A model generated the notes under the pieces. It saw only the letters and a program-made list of their open reading frames with translations, was not told where the DNA came from and did no database searches. Positions 55,116 through 64,000 of a stretch of 64,000 nucleotides of DNA are shown here, piece by piece. The DNA is from Patescibacteria group bacterium. GTDB taxonomy: Bacteria; Patescibacteriota; Patescibacteriia; Patescibacteriales; UBA12465. Position 1 is the stretch's first letter. Every line of letters begins with the position of its first letter. Position numbers and translations under genes: made by a program. The DNA is taken from the NCBI GenBank assembly GCA_038245255.1, contig JBBRSQ010000001.1:2335-66334 (forward strand), given 5' to 3'.

Positions 55116-55794
55116 GTGTTTATGTTATAATATTAAAATGCTAGATTTAATGACAGAACAAAAATATTTTAAGCTCGGTTATAAGTTAATCGGTGGCGTT
55201 GATGAAGCTGGTCGAGGACCACTCGCCGGACCAGTCGTGGCCGCTTGTGTTGTCATTGATAAAAATTTTCGAATTGATTCTGAAGATTTAGCCCTGGTAG
55301 CTGATTCAAAAAAACTAAGCGCCAAAAAGAGAGAAAAACTATTTGGCATAATTAAAGAAAATGTTTTAGCAGTTGAAATCGGCGTTGTCGATAATTTAAC
55401 AATCGATAAAATTAATATTTTACAGGCCAGTTTTTTAGCCATGCGTCGAGCTATTAAAAAACTTAAAATAGAACCTGACTATATTTTAACTGATGGTAAA
55501 TTTAAAATTCCCAAAATAAATCAAGCGCAAACGGCAATTATTGGCGGAGACGGAAAAGTCTTCTGTATCGCGGCGGCTTCTATTATTGCTAAAGTAAGCC
55601 GGGATTGGATGATGACTGAAATTGATAAACAGTATCCCCAATATGACTTTATACAACACAAAGGCTACGGCACTAAGGCTCATTTTGCAAAAATTGCCGA
55701 ACTTGGGCCCTGCCCGCTTCACCGTTTTAGTTTTAGTCCAATCAAAGAGATGATCGCATCTCAATCGGGAATTGACAAAAAAATAATAAAATAA
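55114..55794 (+). CDS. rnhB: ribonuclease HII
   Basis: GVDEAGRGPLAGPVVAACVV signature. The start may be the ATG at 55138. Confidence 0.9.
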   Translation: MCLCYNIKMLDLMTEQKYFKLGYKLIGGVDEAGRGPLAGPVVAACVVIDKNFRIDSEDLALVADSKKLSAKKREKLFGIIKENVLAVEIGVVDNLTIDKINILQASFLAMRRAIKKLKIEPDYILTDGKFKIPKINQAQTAIIGGDGKVFCIAAASIIAKVSRDWMMTEIDKQYPQYDFIQHKGYGTKAHFAKIAELGPCPLHRFSFSPIKEMIASQSGIDKKIIK

Positions 55795-55853
55795 TAAAAT
55801 AAAAAATTAAACCTTTCCTTAACAATTAAATAAATACAAAAAACGAAAAAATC

Positions 55854-56327
55854 ATGAAAGAAAAAATCCCCTTAGCGGTTGCGAAAGTTTGTATTAGTAT
55901 TTTTTTAATCTTTTGTTTTTCCTCCTATTTAGCTGATTTTATTCAGCCTAAATCCATGGTCATTCTCAATTTTTGGACATATTTCTTATGTCTAATAATT
56001 ATCGCCGGAGCTACATTCTATCGACTAACAGATTGGGAAGTGTCCACTGGACGTGTTGAGCGTTCAACAGCTGGTCCAAAAAAAATTAAGTATCTTTATT
56101 CGGGTTTAATGTTGCAAATATCAGGAATTATCTCCCTATCTCTGCTGATATTAACCCTGCTATCTTTATTCCCGGCTTTTGACAATTGGCTAGGAACAAT
56201 CTGGGAACCTCTAAAAATATTTGCTGGCTGGACTTCAATTCTAACGGCACTCTTCCTTTTATTTACCACATTAATATTTCACTTCGTGCGTGAAGAGCAA
56301 ATTTATCGACCAGATGTAAAAAAATAA
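55854..56327 (+). CDS. hypothetical membrane protein with 4 TM helices
   Basis: Hydrophobic 157-aa ORF. Confidence 0.45.
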   Translation: MKEKIPLAVAKVCISIFLIFCFSSYLADFIQPKSMVILNFWTYFLCLIIIAGATFYRLTDWEVSTGRVERSTAGPKKIKYLYSGLMLQISGIISLSLLILTLLSLFPAFDNWLGTIWEPLKIFAGWTSILTALFLLFTTLIFHFVREEQIYRPDVKK

Positions 56328-56354
56328 ATCGTCAAAAAAAGGACAAAAAAAATC

Positions 56355-56387
56355 CCTCATTTAAAAGGGATTTTTTCATATGTATTT
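56355..56387. terminator. bidirectional terminator between the membrane protein gene and typA
   Basis: A8 run, stem atccct/agggat, then T6 run. Confidence 0.65.
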
Positions 56388-56394
56388 TTAGAAT

Positions 56395-58200
56395 TTATCT
56401 TTTATTTTTTACTCGATCATTTTCCGTTAAAGATTTCTTACGCAATCTAACACTTTTAGGAGTAACTTCTAAATATTCATCCTCATTGATAATGCTTAAG
56501 CCACGTTCCAGTGATAAATCCCAAGGCGGGGTCAAGGTAATTGCGTCATCATTTCCAGATGAACGAACATTGGTTAACTTTTTACCTTTAATCGGATTAA
56601 CCGCCATATCATTTCCCTTAGCAACATTACCGATTACTTGACCTTCATAAACATCCACATTCGGAACAATATATAAAACACCGCGATCCTGTAAGTTCCA
56701 AAGAGCAAAAGCCAAGGCTTTGCCGGTTATCATTGAAACCATAGAACCAAGTTGATTTTTTTCAATTTCCCCCGCCCAAGAGCGGAAACCAATAAAATGA
56801 GAACATAAAATTCCTTCACCTCTAGTATCCACTACAAACTCATCGCGATATCCTAAAATCCCGCGAGTCGGTATAGCAAAAACGATTCGGGTTTGACCGT
56901 TGTGAGTTTTCAAATCATTCATTAAACCTTTGCGTCGTGACATTTTATCAATTACCACGCCCGCACAAGCCTCCGGAATATCAATGGTAATTTCTTCGTA
57001 CGGTTCTAATTTTTCACCATTCTCTTCTTTAATAATTACTTGCGGTTGAGAAACTTGAACTTCATAACCCTCACGACGCATATTTTCTAGTAAAACCGCA
57101 ATATGAAGTTCGCCACGACCAAAAACTTTATAAAAATTTGTATCGGAAAAATCAATTTTTAAACCAACATTAACTTCGAGTTCTTTTTCTAAGCGCTCTC
57201 TTAATTGACGATTAGTAACATACTTTCCTTCACGTCCCGCAAATGGTGAATTATTAATTAAGAAATTTAAACAAATAGTCGGCTCATCGATTGAAATAGC
57301 TGGTAAGGCTTTTTGATCGGCCGATTCAGAAATTGTTTCACCAATATAAATATCAGATAATCCAGCAATTAGAACAATGTCACCGGCAATCGCTTCTTGA
57401 ATTTCTTTACGAGCCAGTCCATGAAAAGTATATAATTTTGTAACCTTGCCAGGACGAGTATCGCCATTCAAATTTTCTACAAATACCGCCTGACCAGATT
57501 TAACTTTTCCCTGATATATACGAGCAATAGCACAACGACCTAAGAAATTATCATAAGCTAAATTAAAAGGTTGAGCGGCCAGGGGCATATCGATCATGTC
57601 CTGAGCGGCTGCCGGAGCGACGTGTTCGAGAATTAAATTTAAAAGAGGATCAAGATTGTCAGCCAATTTATCTGCTTCTAAGCCTGCCTTTCCAGTTTTA
57701 CTAATGGTATAAATAACCGGAAAATCCAATTGTTCGTCAGTTGCACCAAGATCCAAAAATAATTCATAAACTAATTCCGAGACTATAGCTGGTCGAGCGG
57801 CTGGTTTATCAACTTTATTAATAACCACAATTGGCTTTAGGCCTAATTCTAAAGATTTTTTTAAAACAAATTTAGTTTGTGGCATTGGTCCCTCTTGAGC
57901 GTCAACGACCAAAAGCACGGAATCAATCGAGCGCAAAACACGCTCTACTTCAGAACTAAAATCGGCATGACCAGGAGTGTCGACGATATTAATTTTAGTG
58001 TCTCTATAAAAAAGACTGCAATTTTTTGCATAAATTGTAATCCCTCTTTCCTGTTCGATTGAATTACTGTCCATTGTGACATTATCCAAAACCATTCCCG
58101 TTTGACGGAGTAAAGAGTCGGTTAAAGTTGTTTTACCATGATCAACGTGGGCGATAATGGCAATGTTTCTAATTTCCATATATTTTTTAATTTTAAACAA
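56395..58200 (-). CDS. typA: translational GTPase TypA/BipA
   Basis: G1 AIIAHVDHGKTTL, DTPGHADF and NKVD motifs in an EF-G-like domain arrangement. 601 aa. Confidence 0.95.
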   Translation of the reverse strand: MFKIKKYMEIRNIAIIAHVDHGKTTLTDSLLRQTGMVLDNVTMDSNSIEQERGITIYAKNCSLFYRDTKINIVDTPGHADFSSEVERVLRSIDSVLLVVDAQEGPMPQTKFVLKKSLELGLKPIVVINKVDKPAARPAIVSELVYELFLDLGATDEQLDFPVIYTISKTGKAGLEADKLADNLDPLLNLILEHVAPAAAQDMIDMPLAAQPFNLAYDNFLGRCAIARIYQGKVKSGQAVFVENLNGDTRPGKVTKLYTFHGLARKEIQEAIAGDIVLIAGLSDIYIGETISESADQKALPAISIDEPTICLNFLINNSPFAGREGKYVTNRQLRERLEKELEVNVGLKIDFSDTNFYKVFGRGELHIAVLLENMRREGYEVQVSQPQVIIKEENGEKLEPYEEITIDIPEACAGVVIDKMSRRKGLMNDLKTHNGQTRIVFAIPTRGILGYRDEFVVDTRGEGILCSHFIGFRSWAGEIEKNQLGSMVSMITGKALAFALWNLQDRGVLYIVPNVDVYEGQVIGNVAKGNDMAVNPIKGKKLTNVRSSGNDDAITLTPPWDLSLERGLSIINEDEYLEVTPKSVRLRKKSLTENDRVKNKR

Positions 58201-58307
58201 AACAAAACGCGACGTATTATGTCGCGCGGGCGAAGCAAAAACTGCTTATATATTACTAGATATCCTAATTAATGTCAAATGTCACCAAAGCAGAGAAAAA
58301 TGCATTT

Positions 58308-59591
58308 TTACAATTTATAAATCTTCTCGTCTCCGCTCAGCATATCTTTAATTTTATAGCTTTTTTTAGTCTCTTCATCGCTACCTAAAATTATAACTTT
58401 AGTGATCTTCTTTTTGTTCGCCAATTCCAAAGCTTTACCCATTTTCTGTGAATCAAGTCCAAGAAGAATATTAAAGCCTTCACCCCGTAATTTCTGCGCC
58501 AATTTATTTTGCTGCATCTGAAGCGAAATATCTAGAAGTGGTAAATAATATTTTTCAGTTTGTAAATCAGTAATTTTAGAAATCAGATTCCAACTCTCTA
58601 AAAATAATCTAGTCGTTTCATCTCCCGGCGCAAAACCGACTGCCGGAAAATTCTTTTCACCAAAAATTTCAGCGAGACCATTGTAGCGTCCGCCGCCAAA
58701 CATGGCTCGCTTATTTTCCGGATTTTTATCAAAAACCTCGAAAACCATGCCGTCATAATAATCAAAACCACGAATTACTGCCGGATTAAATTCAATTAAG
58801 TCAGCATAACCTAATTCTGTAAGTGAATTAATAATTTCCATTAGCTCTAAGTATGGCTCCTTCAACTCCGGCGTATCAATTATTAAATCTTTCAAACCGG
58901 CATAACTAGTGCCGGACATAAAGAAAATAATTTTCTCAAGTTCTCCTTCTTTTACTCCCAAACCGATTAAACGCTCCTTAAACTCTTCTTTACTTAATTT
59001 ATTATATTTATCTAAAATACGAATAAACTCGACTTTATTTTTAATATCTATTTTCATCATTTTAAAAACGCCTTCAAGTAGACTTCGACTATTTAAACCT
59101 AAGATAAAAGAATTTTTCGGTGGCTTAAATTCCAACATTAAATCAAGCGCCAATTGTAATATTTCGATATCAGAGGCACTAGTGTTGCTGCCAAAAATAT
59201 CACAATTAAGTTGCCAAAATTCACGATTACGGCCTCGCTGTGGTTTTTCATTGCGCATAAAATTGGCAATCGAAAAATATTTCAGGGGCTTTGGGCTTGA
59301 TGCATAAACCTTGGTAACCATACGTGTAACAGATGGCGTCATTTCTGGGCGTATCGATAATTCTCTTCCTCCTAAATCCGTAAAAGTCACCAGCTCTTTC
59401 CCGCCGATATCTTCACCCGATTTTGCTCGATATATATCTGCACTTTCAACGAGCGGGGTTAAGTATTCTTCGAAGCCGTAACGTAAACAAACTCGACGCC
59501 AGGTATCAAATATATACTTTCTTATTAAAAACTCTTCCGGAAGCCAGTCCCGGGTACCTTTTGGCTCTTGGTTGGATAATTTTTTATTCAT
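58308..59591 (-). CDS. hisS: histidyl-tRNA synthetase
   Basis: Class II aaRS motifs (TRDWLPEE, FRYE-like, GGRYNGL) and a C-terminal anticodon-binding domain. Confidence 0.9.
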   Translation of the reverse strand: MNKKLSNQEPKGTRDWLPEEFLIRKYIFDTWRRVCLRYGFEEYLTPLVESADIYRAKSGEDIGGKELVTFTDLGGRELSIRPEMTPSVTRMVTKVYASSPKPLKYFSIANFMRNEKPQRGRNREFWQLNCDIFGSNTSASDIEILQLALDLMLEFKPPKNSFILGLNSRSLLEGVFKMMKIDIKNKVEFIRILDKYNKLSKEEFKERLIGLGVKEGELEKIIFFMSGTSYAGLKDLIIDTPELKEPYLELMEIINSLTELGYADLIEFNPAVIRGFDYYDGMVFEVFDKNPENKRAMFGGGRYNGLAEIFGEKNFPAVGFAPGDETTRLFLESWNLISKITDLQTEKYYLPLLDISLQMQQNKLAQKLRGEGFNILLGLDSQKMGKALELANKKKITKVIILGSDEETKKSYKIKDMLSGDEKIYKL

Positions 59592-59749
59592 GTTTATATT
59601 TTACTATTTCCTATTTTTTTTGGCAAATAAGAGAATAAATACAATTAATTGATTTGCCAATAAATATAATTATTTTTTAGATTTTATTTAGATTTTTTTC
59701 ATCTGTTAAATAATATAATATAGCTATAAATTAACTAACATTAAAATTT

Positions 59750-60430
59750 ATGAAAATTTTGATTATTGATGACGAAACTTCAATCGTCGAATTCCTTAAA
59801 CAGGGTCTTGAGGCAAAATTATTTAGCGTTGAGACGGCTGCCGATGGCGAACGAGGAGCATTTTTAGGTCGTACGGGAAATTATGACTTAATTATTCTCG
59901 ACTATGTTCTGCCAAAATTAAATGGGCCAGAAGTCTTAAAAGAGATACGCAGTGAAAAGAAACATATTCCCGTTATTATGTTAACTGTTAAATCTGAAAT
60001 TCAAACAAAAGCTGAGGCTTTTAATTTAGGGGCTGACGATTACTTAACTAAACCATTCTTATTTGATGAACTATTAATGCGTATTAATGCGATTTTAAAA
60101 AGACCAATTAAATCAGAAGGTGAATTATTTAAAATTGATAATCTAACTTTTAGTACCAGAACGAAACTTATTAAACGCAACAGCAAAGAGATTTACTTAA
60201 CGAGGCGTGAATTTAGCCTGCTTGAATACCTTCTTAAAAATCGCGGACAAATAGTTTCTCGCCAACAACTTCTTGAACATGTCTGGGACTATAACGCCGA
60301 TCCCTTTTCAAACTCTATCGAATCACATATCGCTAGCTTGCGCCGTAAACTTAATCAAAATAAAAACCGCAACCTTATTCATACTTTTAACGGTCGCGGT
60401 TATAAATTAGCCTTGAATAAATTAGGTTAA
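59750..60430 (+). CDS. OmpR-family two-component response regulator (orphan; no adjacent histidine kinase)
   Basis: Receiver domain with the phospho-acceptor Asp in LIILDY and a winged-helix C-terminal domain (LTRREFSLLEYLLKNRGQIVSRQQL). Confidence 0.9.
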   Translation: MKILIIDDETSIVEFLKQGLEAKLFSVETAADGERGAFLGRTGNYDLIILDYVLPKLNGPEVLKEIRSEKKHIPVIMLTVKSEIQTKAEAFNLGADDYLTKPFLFDELLMRINAILKRPIKSEGELFKIDNLTFSTRTKLIKRNSKEIYLTRREFSLLEYLLKNRGQIVSRQQLLEHVWDYNADPFSNSIESHIASLRRKLNQNKNRNLIHTFNGRGYKLALNKLG

Positions 60431-60440
60431 AGAAGTTAGC

Positions 60441-61613
60441 TTAAAGAAATTTTCGGCCCTTCAGTTTTTCCGGTAAATACTCTTGGCCACTGTCGTCTTC
60501 TAGGGGTGTGTACTTATAGTCTTTACCATAACCAATTTCCTTCATAAATTTTGTGGGCGCGTTACGCAACCAGAGCGGAACCGGTAAATTGCCAGAACTG
60601 GCAACTTCAGCTTTGGCTTTTTCATATGCTTGATAAGCGCTAATACTTTTGGGCGACTTAGCTAAATATATTACACAATGCGCTAAATTCACGCCGCATT
60701 CCGGCAGACCTATTTTTTGACAGGCATCGTAAGTAGCCGTCGCTAACATTAGGGCGCTGTTATTAGCCAGACCAATATCTTCACTAGCAAATCTGATTAA
60801 GCGACGCGAAATATATAAAGGGTCTTCCCCGGCTTCAAGCATTCGACTTAAATAATAAACAGCGGCGTCGGCCTTACCGCCACGCATGGACTTATGGAGA
60901 GCGGAAATTATATTATAATGTTCCTCACCTTTTTTGTCATAGAGTAAATTTGGCTTACTGATTATTTCTTTAATCAAATCAACACTAAGCTTACGTTGAC
61001 TTTCAATTGCGCTTTCAAGAATATTTAAAGCTTTGCGCGCATCTCCGTTTGCTAGCGTTGAAATTAAGCCACTGACTTCAGTGCTAATTTTAGTTTTTAA
61101 ATCTTTGGCAGCATGATTAATGATCAGTTCTAAGTCAGCAATACTTAAAGCTTCAAGAATTATAACTTTAACACGCGAAAGTAAAGCGCCATTAACAGCA
61201 AAGCTGGGATTTTCGGTTGTCGCTCCAATTAAAGTTATGGTTCCATTTTCAACCTGAGGCAAAAGTGCGTCTTGCTGGGCCTTGTTCCAGCGATGAATTT
61301 CATCTATAAATAAAATAGTTTTTGTTCCCAGGCGCTTACTTTCTTTAGCGCGTTCAACTATTATTTTTAAATCTTTAATTCCACTTGAAGTCGCGCTAAG
61401 TTCATGAAACTCAGATTTAGTTTCTTTGGCAATTATAAAAGCCAGAGTTGTTTTTCCAGTCCCTGGCGGACCCCAAAAAACTAAGGACGGAACTTTATCA
61501 TTTTTTATTGCCTGATAAAGCCAAGTCTTTTCACCAATGCTTTTATTTTGTCCAACGAATTCGTTAAGGTTTTTAGGCCGAAAATAAGTCGCTAAAGGAA
61601 TATCTTTTAACAT
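60441..61613 (-). CDS. rarA: replication-associated recombination protein A (AAA+ ATPase)
   Basis: Walker A GPPGTGKTTLA, Walker B LFIDEIHRWNK and a MgsA C-terminal domain. Confidence 0.9.
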   Translation of the reverse strand: MLKDIPLATYFRPKNLNEFVGQNKSIGEKTWLYQAIKNDKVPSLVFWGPPGTGKTTLAFIIAKETKSEFHELSATSSGIKDLKIIVERAKESKRLGTKTILFIDEIHRWNKAQQDALLPQVENGTITLIGATTENPSFAVNGALLSRVKVIILEALSIADLELIINHAAKDLKTKISTEVSGLISTLANGDARKALNILESAIESQRKLSVDLIKEIISKPNLLYDKKGEEHYNIISALHKSMRGGKADAAVYYLSRMLEAGEDPLYISRRLIRFASEDIGLANNSALMLATATYDACQKIGLPECGVNLAHCVIYLAKSPKSISAYQAYEKAKAEVASSGNLPVPLWLRNAPTKFMKEIGYGKDYKYTPLEDDSGQEYLPEKLKGRKFL

Positions 61614-61746
61614 AATATCAATATTTTACACTATTTAGAGCTTAAATAGTACGTTGACTAATTATAAAAAATATGGTATAATAATATTAGATACGATTTT
61701 TAAGAATTTAAAAATAATATATAAACGAACCTTAAAAAAATAAATC

Positions 61747-61950
61747 ATGAGCGAAAATAAAATTTGGCTTCTAATTGGACTAATCTTTTTTGCCGCGGCA
61801 GCAGTTACTTGCGCAATCATTCTCTATAAATTTCTGCGCGACCCAAAAAAGCCAGAAGAAGAAAAAATAGAAGAAGAGCCATCCGAAGAAGATAAAAAAA
61901 TCCAGGCAATTCATCTTGCCCTAACAACCCCCGGCTTCTGGCCACTTTAA
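61747..61950 (+). CDS. hypothetical small membrane protein
   Basis: 67 aa with an N-terminal TM helix and a charged EEK-rich tail. Followed by terminator-like aaagccccaaaaaaatcggggcttttttatt (61971-61999). Confidence 0.35.
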   Translation: MSENKIWLLIGLIFFAAAAVTCAIILYKFLRDPKKPEEEKIEEEPSEEDKKIQAIHLALTTPGFWPL

Positions 61951-62018
61951 AAACAATTAGAAAAAAATAAAGCCCCAAAAAAATCGGGGCTTTTTTATTA
62001 GTAAAATCATTGTTTCTT

Positions 62019-62687
62019 TTATTTCTTTTTTTTCTTTTCTTCCATAAATAAATAATAAGAATAGAAAGACAAAACGAGCGCTATTAATGCGATGGCTATA
62101 ACAAATAAAATAATTTTAAATTTTTCCGTTACTAAAACTGTCGCCGCTATTAATAAGCCGGCTAGAGGCATAATGAAACCACCTAATTTATGGGTCTTAT
62201 TCCAAACAGCCTCCGAAGACAAAGTCCACGGAGTTCGTATTCCTAAAAACCAATTCATTTTTACTTTTCGAAGTAGTAATCCTAAAAAAATAAACAAGGC
62301 GCCGAGCATTAGGGCAATATAAAAACCAATATCAATCTTATTACCCAAGCTACTCAGACTAGTTAAAAGAAAAATGGCAAATAAAAAAGTGATAAGCAAA
62401 TCTCTAAGTTTATGATACACGCTAGAAAAACTAGCGTACTGATCTTTTTTAGGATCAAAGTAAGGTAAAAAGTAAAAAAGAATATACATCCCCAGCAGCA
62501 AAAAAGGAATTAAAAAGGCCGCGGCGAAGGGGCTGCTGTAACCATTAACCTCGCCATTAAGACCCCAATGCGTCGCTACCTGGGCAGGAAAAACTTGGTA
62601 AAGATAGAAGGCTGCAAGAAAACTCAGAATTAGTAAACTCAGAGAAAACCATTCCGTTTTAAAGCTTATTTTAATAGGATTAGACAT
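62019..62687 (-). CDS. SdpI/YhfL-family (DUF1648) membrane protein
   Basis: HWGLNGEVNGY and NWFLGIRTPWTLSSEAVWNKTH motifs with multiple TM helices. Confidence 0.65.
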   Translation of the reverse strand: MSNPIKISFKTEWFSLSLLILSFLAAFYLYQVFPAQVATHWGLNGEVNGYSSPFAAAFLIPFLLLGMYILFYFLPYFDPKKDQYASFSSVYHKLRDLLITFLFAIFLLTSLSSLGNKIDIGFYIALMLGALFIFLGLLLRKVKMNWFLGIRTPWTLSSEAVWNKTHKLGGFIMPLAGLLIAATVLVTEKFKIILFVIAIALIALVLSFYSYYLFMEEKKKKK

Positions 62688-62791
62688 GAATTTATCATTA
62701 GATATTTACTATTATATCATATTTTTCGATAAAAGTCAATGTTTTAGTCAATAAAAAAGGCGTCCCTGAGGTCGCCTTAATACATTTACTT

Positions 62792-63106
62792 TTAAACTTC
62801 TTCAAGAATACATTTGGTTGGAGCCTCTTTAACGGCGATTAAAATGTCGTTAAGATTTTTCCAGTTAAAAAGAAGGTCATCGTCGATGCTAATGCTTAAC
62901 TCTTCTTCAATGCTAAGCACTGCGTCGGCTAATCTAATTTCATTAAAACACAAATGACCTTGTTTTTCATCAGCTAGGCCGATGTCGGTTAATTTAGTTT
63001 CTGGATTTAATTTTTTTTTCAAAAAATCATCATGTAGTTGCGCCTTTATTTCGCGATAAATAAGCGCCAGTAGTTCATTGTCGTTCAATTTCATTCTTTT
63101 AGGCAT
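62792..63106 (-). CDS. hypothetical acidic protein
   Basis: 104-aa ORF. No motif recognised. Confidence 0.35.
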   Translation of the reverse strand: MPKRMKLNDNELLALIYREIKAQLHDDFLKKKLNPETKLTDIGLADEKQGHLCFNEIRLADAVLSIEEELSISIDDDLLFNWKNLNDILIAVKEAPTKCILEEV

Positions 63107-63241
63107 CGTGCTCTTTAGTTTTTGGTTTTCAGTAAATTATTTTAAAAGATCTATTATAGGTTATTTTACTACTTTTAGATATATTTGTCAATATAACCGC
63201 ATTTCACGCTTATAAAAATTTTTAGGTAGTTACTATTAAAT

Positions 63242-63727
63242 TTAGATATTCAAATACCAAATTGCATAGTTTAAAATAGCAGCAAATGTCACCCAAACAA
63301 TATAAGGAATTAATAAATAAGCAGCCGTTTTCTTAATCTGATAAAAGTAATATATATTAACAAAAATCATTGACCATAAAGATACTATTGCATAAAAAGC
63401 CAGTGATGGTTCTTTGCTGTAGAAAAAAAGAAAAGACCAATACATGTTCAAGAAAAGCTGAGAACCAAAGCTTATACAGGCCGCTCGATAATTTTTGCTA
63501 TCTTTCCCCTCTTTTAGAATCAGGAAAAAAGCGACTCCCATTAGTATAAAAAGCAAAGTCCAAACCGGCGCAAATAGCCAATTCGGCGGATTAAAAGATG
63601 GCTTAATTAAAGACGGATACCAGGTCTTTAAGGCGGGAGTAGTTAGCAGTGATCCCAAGTAACCAATAATAAGCGGGATAGTCACGGAAAAAATTAAAAG
63701 CCAAAATCTCTTTATTTTTATGTTCAT
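63242..63727 (-). CDS. tspO: TspO/MBR family tryptophan-rich sensory protein
   Basis: SLIKPSFNPPNWLFAPVWTLLFILMG matches the TspO signature. Five TM helices. Confidence 0.8.
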   Translation of the reverse strand: MNIKIKRFWLLIFSVTIPLIIGYLGSLLTTPALKTWYPSLIKPSFNPPNWLFAPVWTLLFILMGVAFFLILKEGKDSKNYRAACISFGSQLFLNMYWSFLFFYSKEPSLAFYAIVSLWSMIFVNIYYFYQIKKTAAYLLIPYIVWVTFAAILNYAIWYLNI

Positions 63728-63883
63728 AGTTTTCTACTATAAATAAGTATTTTAATTTTAGCATAAAACTAAAAAAATGTTAAAAAAAGCAGCCCTAGAG
63801 TTTAGAGCTGCCTTAAGAGAGTGTTACGAAAAAAAATATATTGTTATAACCTTAATTAATCTTGTTTATTATTTTCTTAGTCA

Positions 63884-64000
63884 ACATCGACATGTCCCTT
63901 GCCTTTGTCAAATCCTAGTTCCGTCATTATAGTATTTGCCTGCATTCTTAATTGATAAGCTTGAACATACTTAGCAAAGTTGCCACTATTTATTTTTTTA
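63884..64000 (-). CDS. C-terminal end of an unidentified gene running off the window
   Basis: Open frame on the minus strand ending ...TELGFDKGKGHVDVD with a stop at 63886..63884. Confidence 0.3.

Noticed and set aside
58208-58232. Hairpin cgcgac-gtattat-gtcgcg, followed on the minus strand by a T-rich run, just upstream of typA
   Set aside because: It could be the hisS terminator. However, it lies only 8 nt from the annotated typA start (29 nt if typA starts at the second Met, MEIRNIAIIAHVDHGKT), which would leave no room for a typA promoter. I cannot decide between terminator, attenuator or read-through from the sequence alone.
1-64000. CRISPR arrays, rRNA genes, transposases
   Set aside because: Scanning found no regularly spaced short direct repeats, no rRNA-like conserved stretches and no DDE or serine/tyrosine recombinase motifs among the ORFs.

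Overview
This is a compact, low-GC (about 35-38% by eye) bacterial chromosomal segment. Genes are dense, often overlap by a few nucleotides, and lie mostly on the minus strand. Gene content is that of a small-genome bacterium; the architecture resembles Patescibacteria/CPR-like genomes, but that is inference only. Housekeeping blocks include: tsaC(partial)-cvpA-metG-rsmI, secE-nusG-rplK-rplA, a standalone RRM RNA-binding protein, iscS-iscU, a cyclophilin lipoprotein and the CCA-adding enzyme. Further along are a two-gene [FeFe]-hydrogenase (HydA plus a NuoF-like flavoprotein), NUDIX, SDR, gap, a PSP1/RicT-like protein, rpsB-tsf, sodA, dNK, rlmN, pyk and tgt. After two giant envelope proteins comes a glycosylation locus (GT4, GT2, rmlA-like, rmlD), then the dcw cluster mraZ-rsmH-ftsL-ftsI-murF, tsaB-dus-cysS, rnhB, typA, hisS, an orphan OmpR-type response regulator, rarA, an SdpI-like protein and TspO. 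The stand-out region is 50495..54215. An AT-rich four-gene cassette carries a ThyA-fold enzyme, a QueC-like PP-loop ATPase, a CYTH triphosphatase-like protein and a P-loop kinase. It is bracketed by two 355-bp GC-rich, near-identical (2 mismatches) inverted repeats. Each repeat carries an outward-facing promoter at its outer end. The right repeat abuts a 45-bp perfect palindrome and the 3' end of a tRNA-Leu(CAG) gene. I interpret this as a horizontally acquired, possibly invertible, nucleotide-modification or defense-like module flanked by a novel structured repeat. This is unproven. No CRISPR array, rRNA gene or recognisable transposase/integrase gene was seen.
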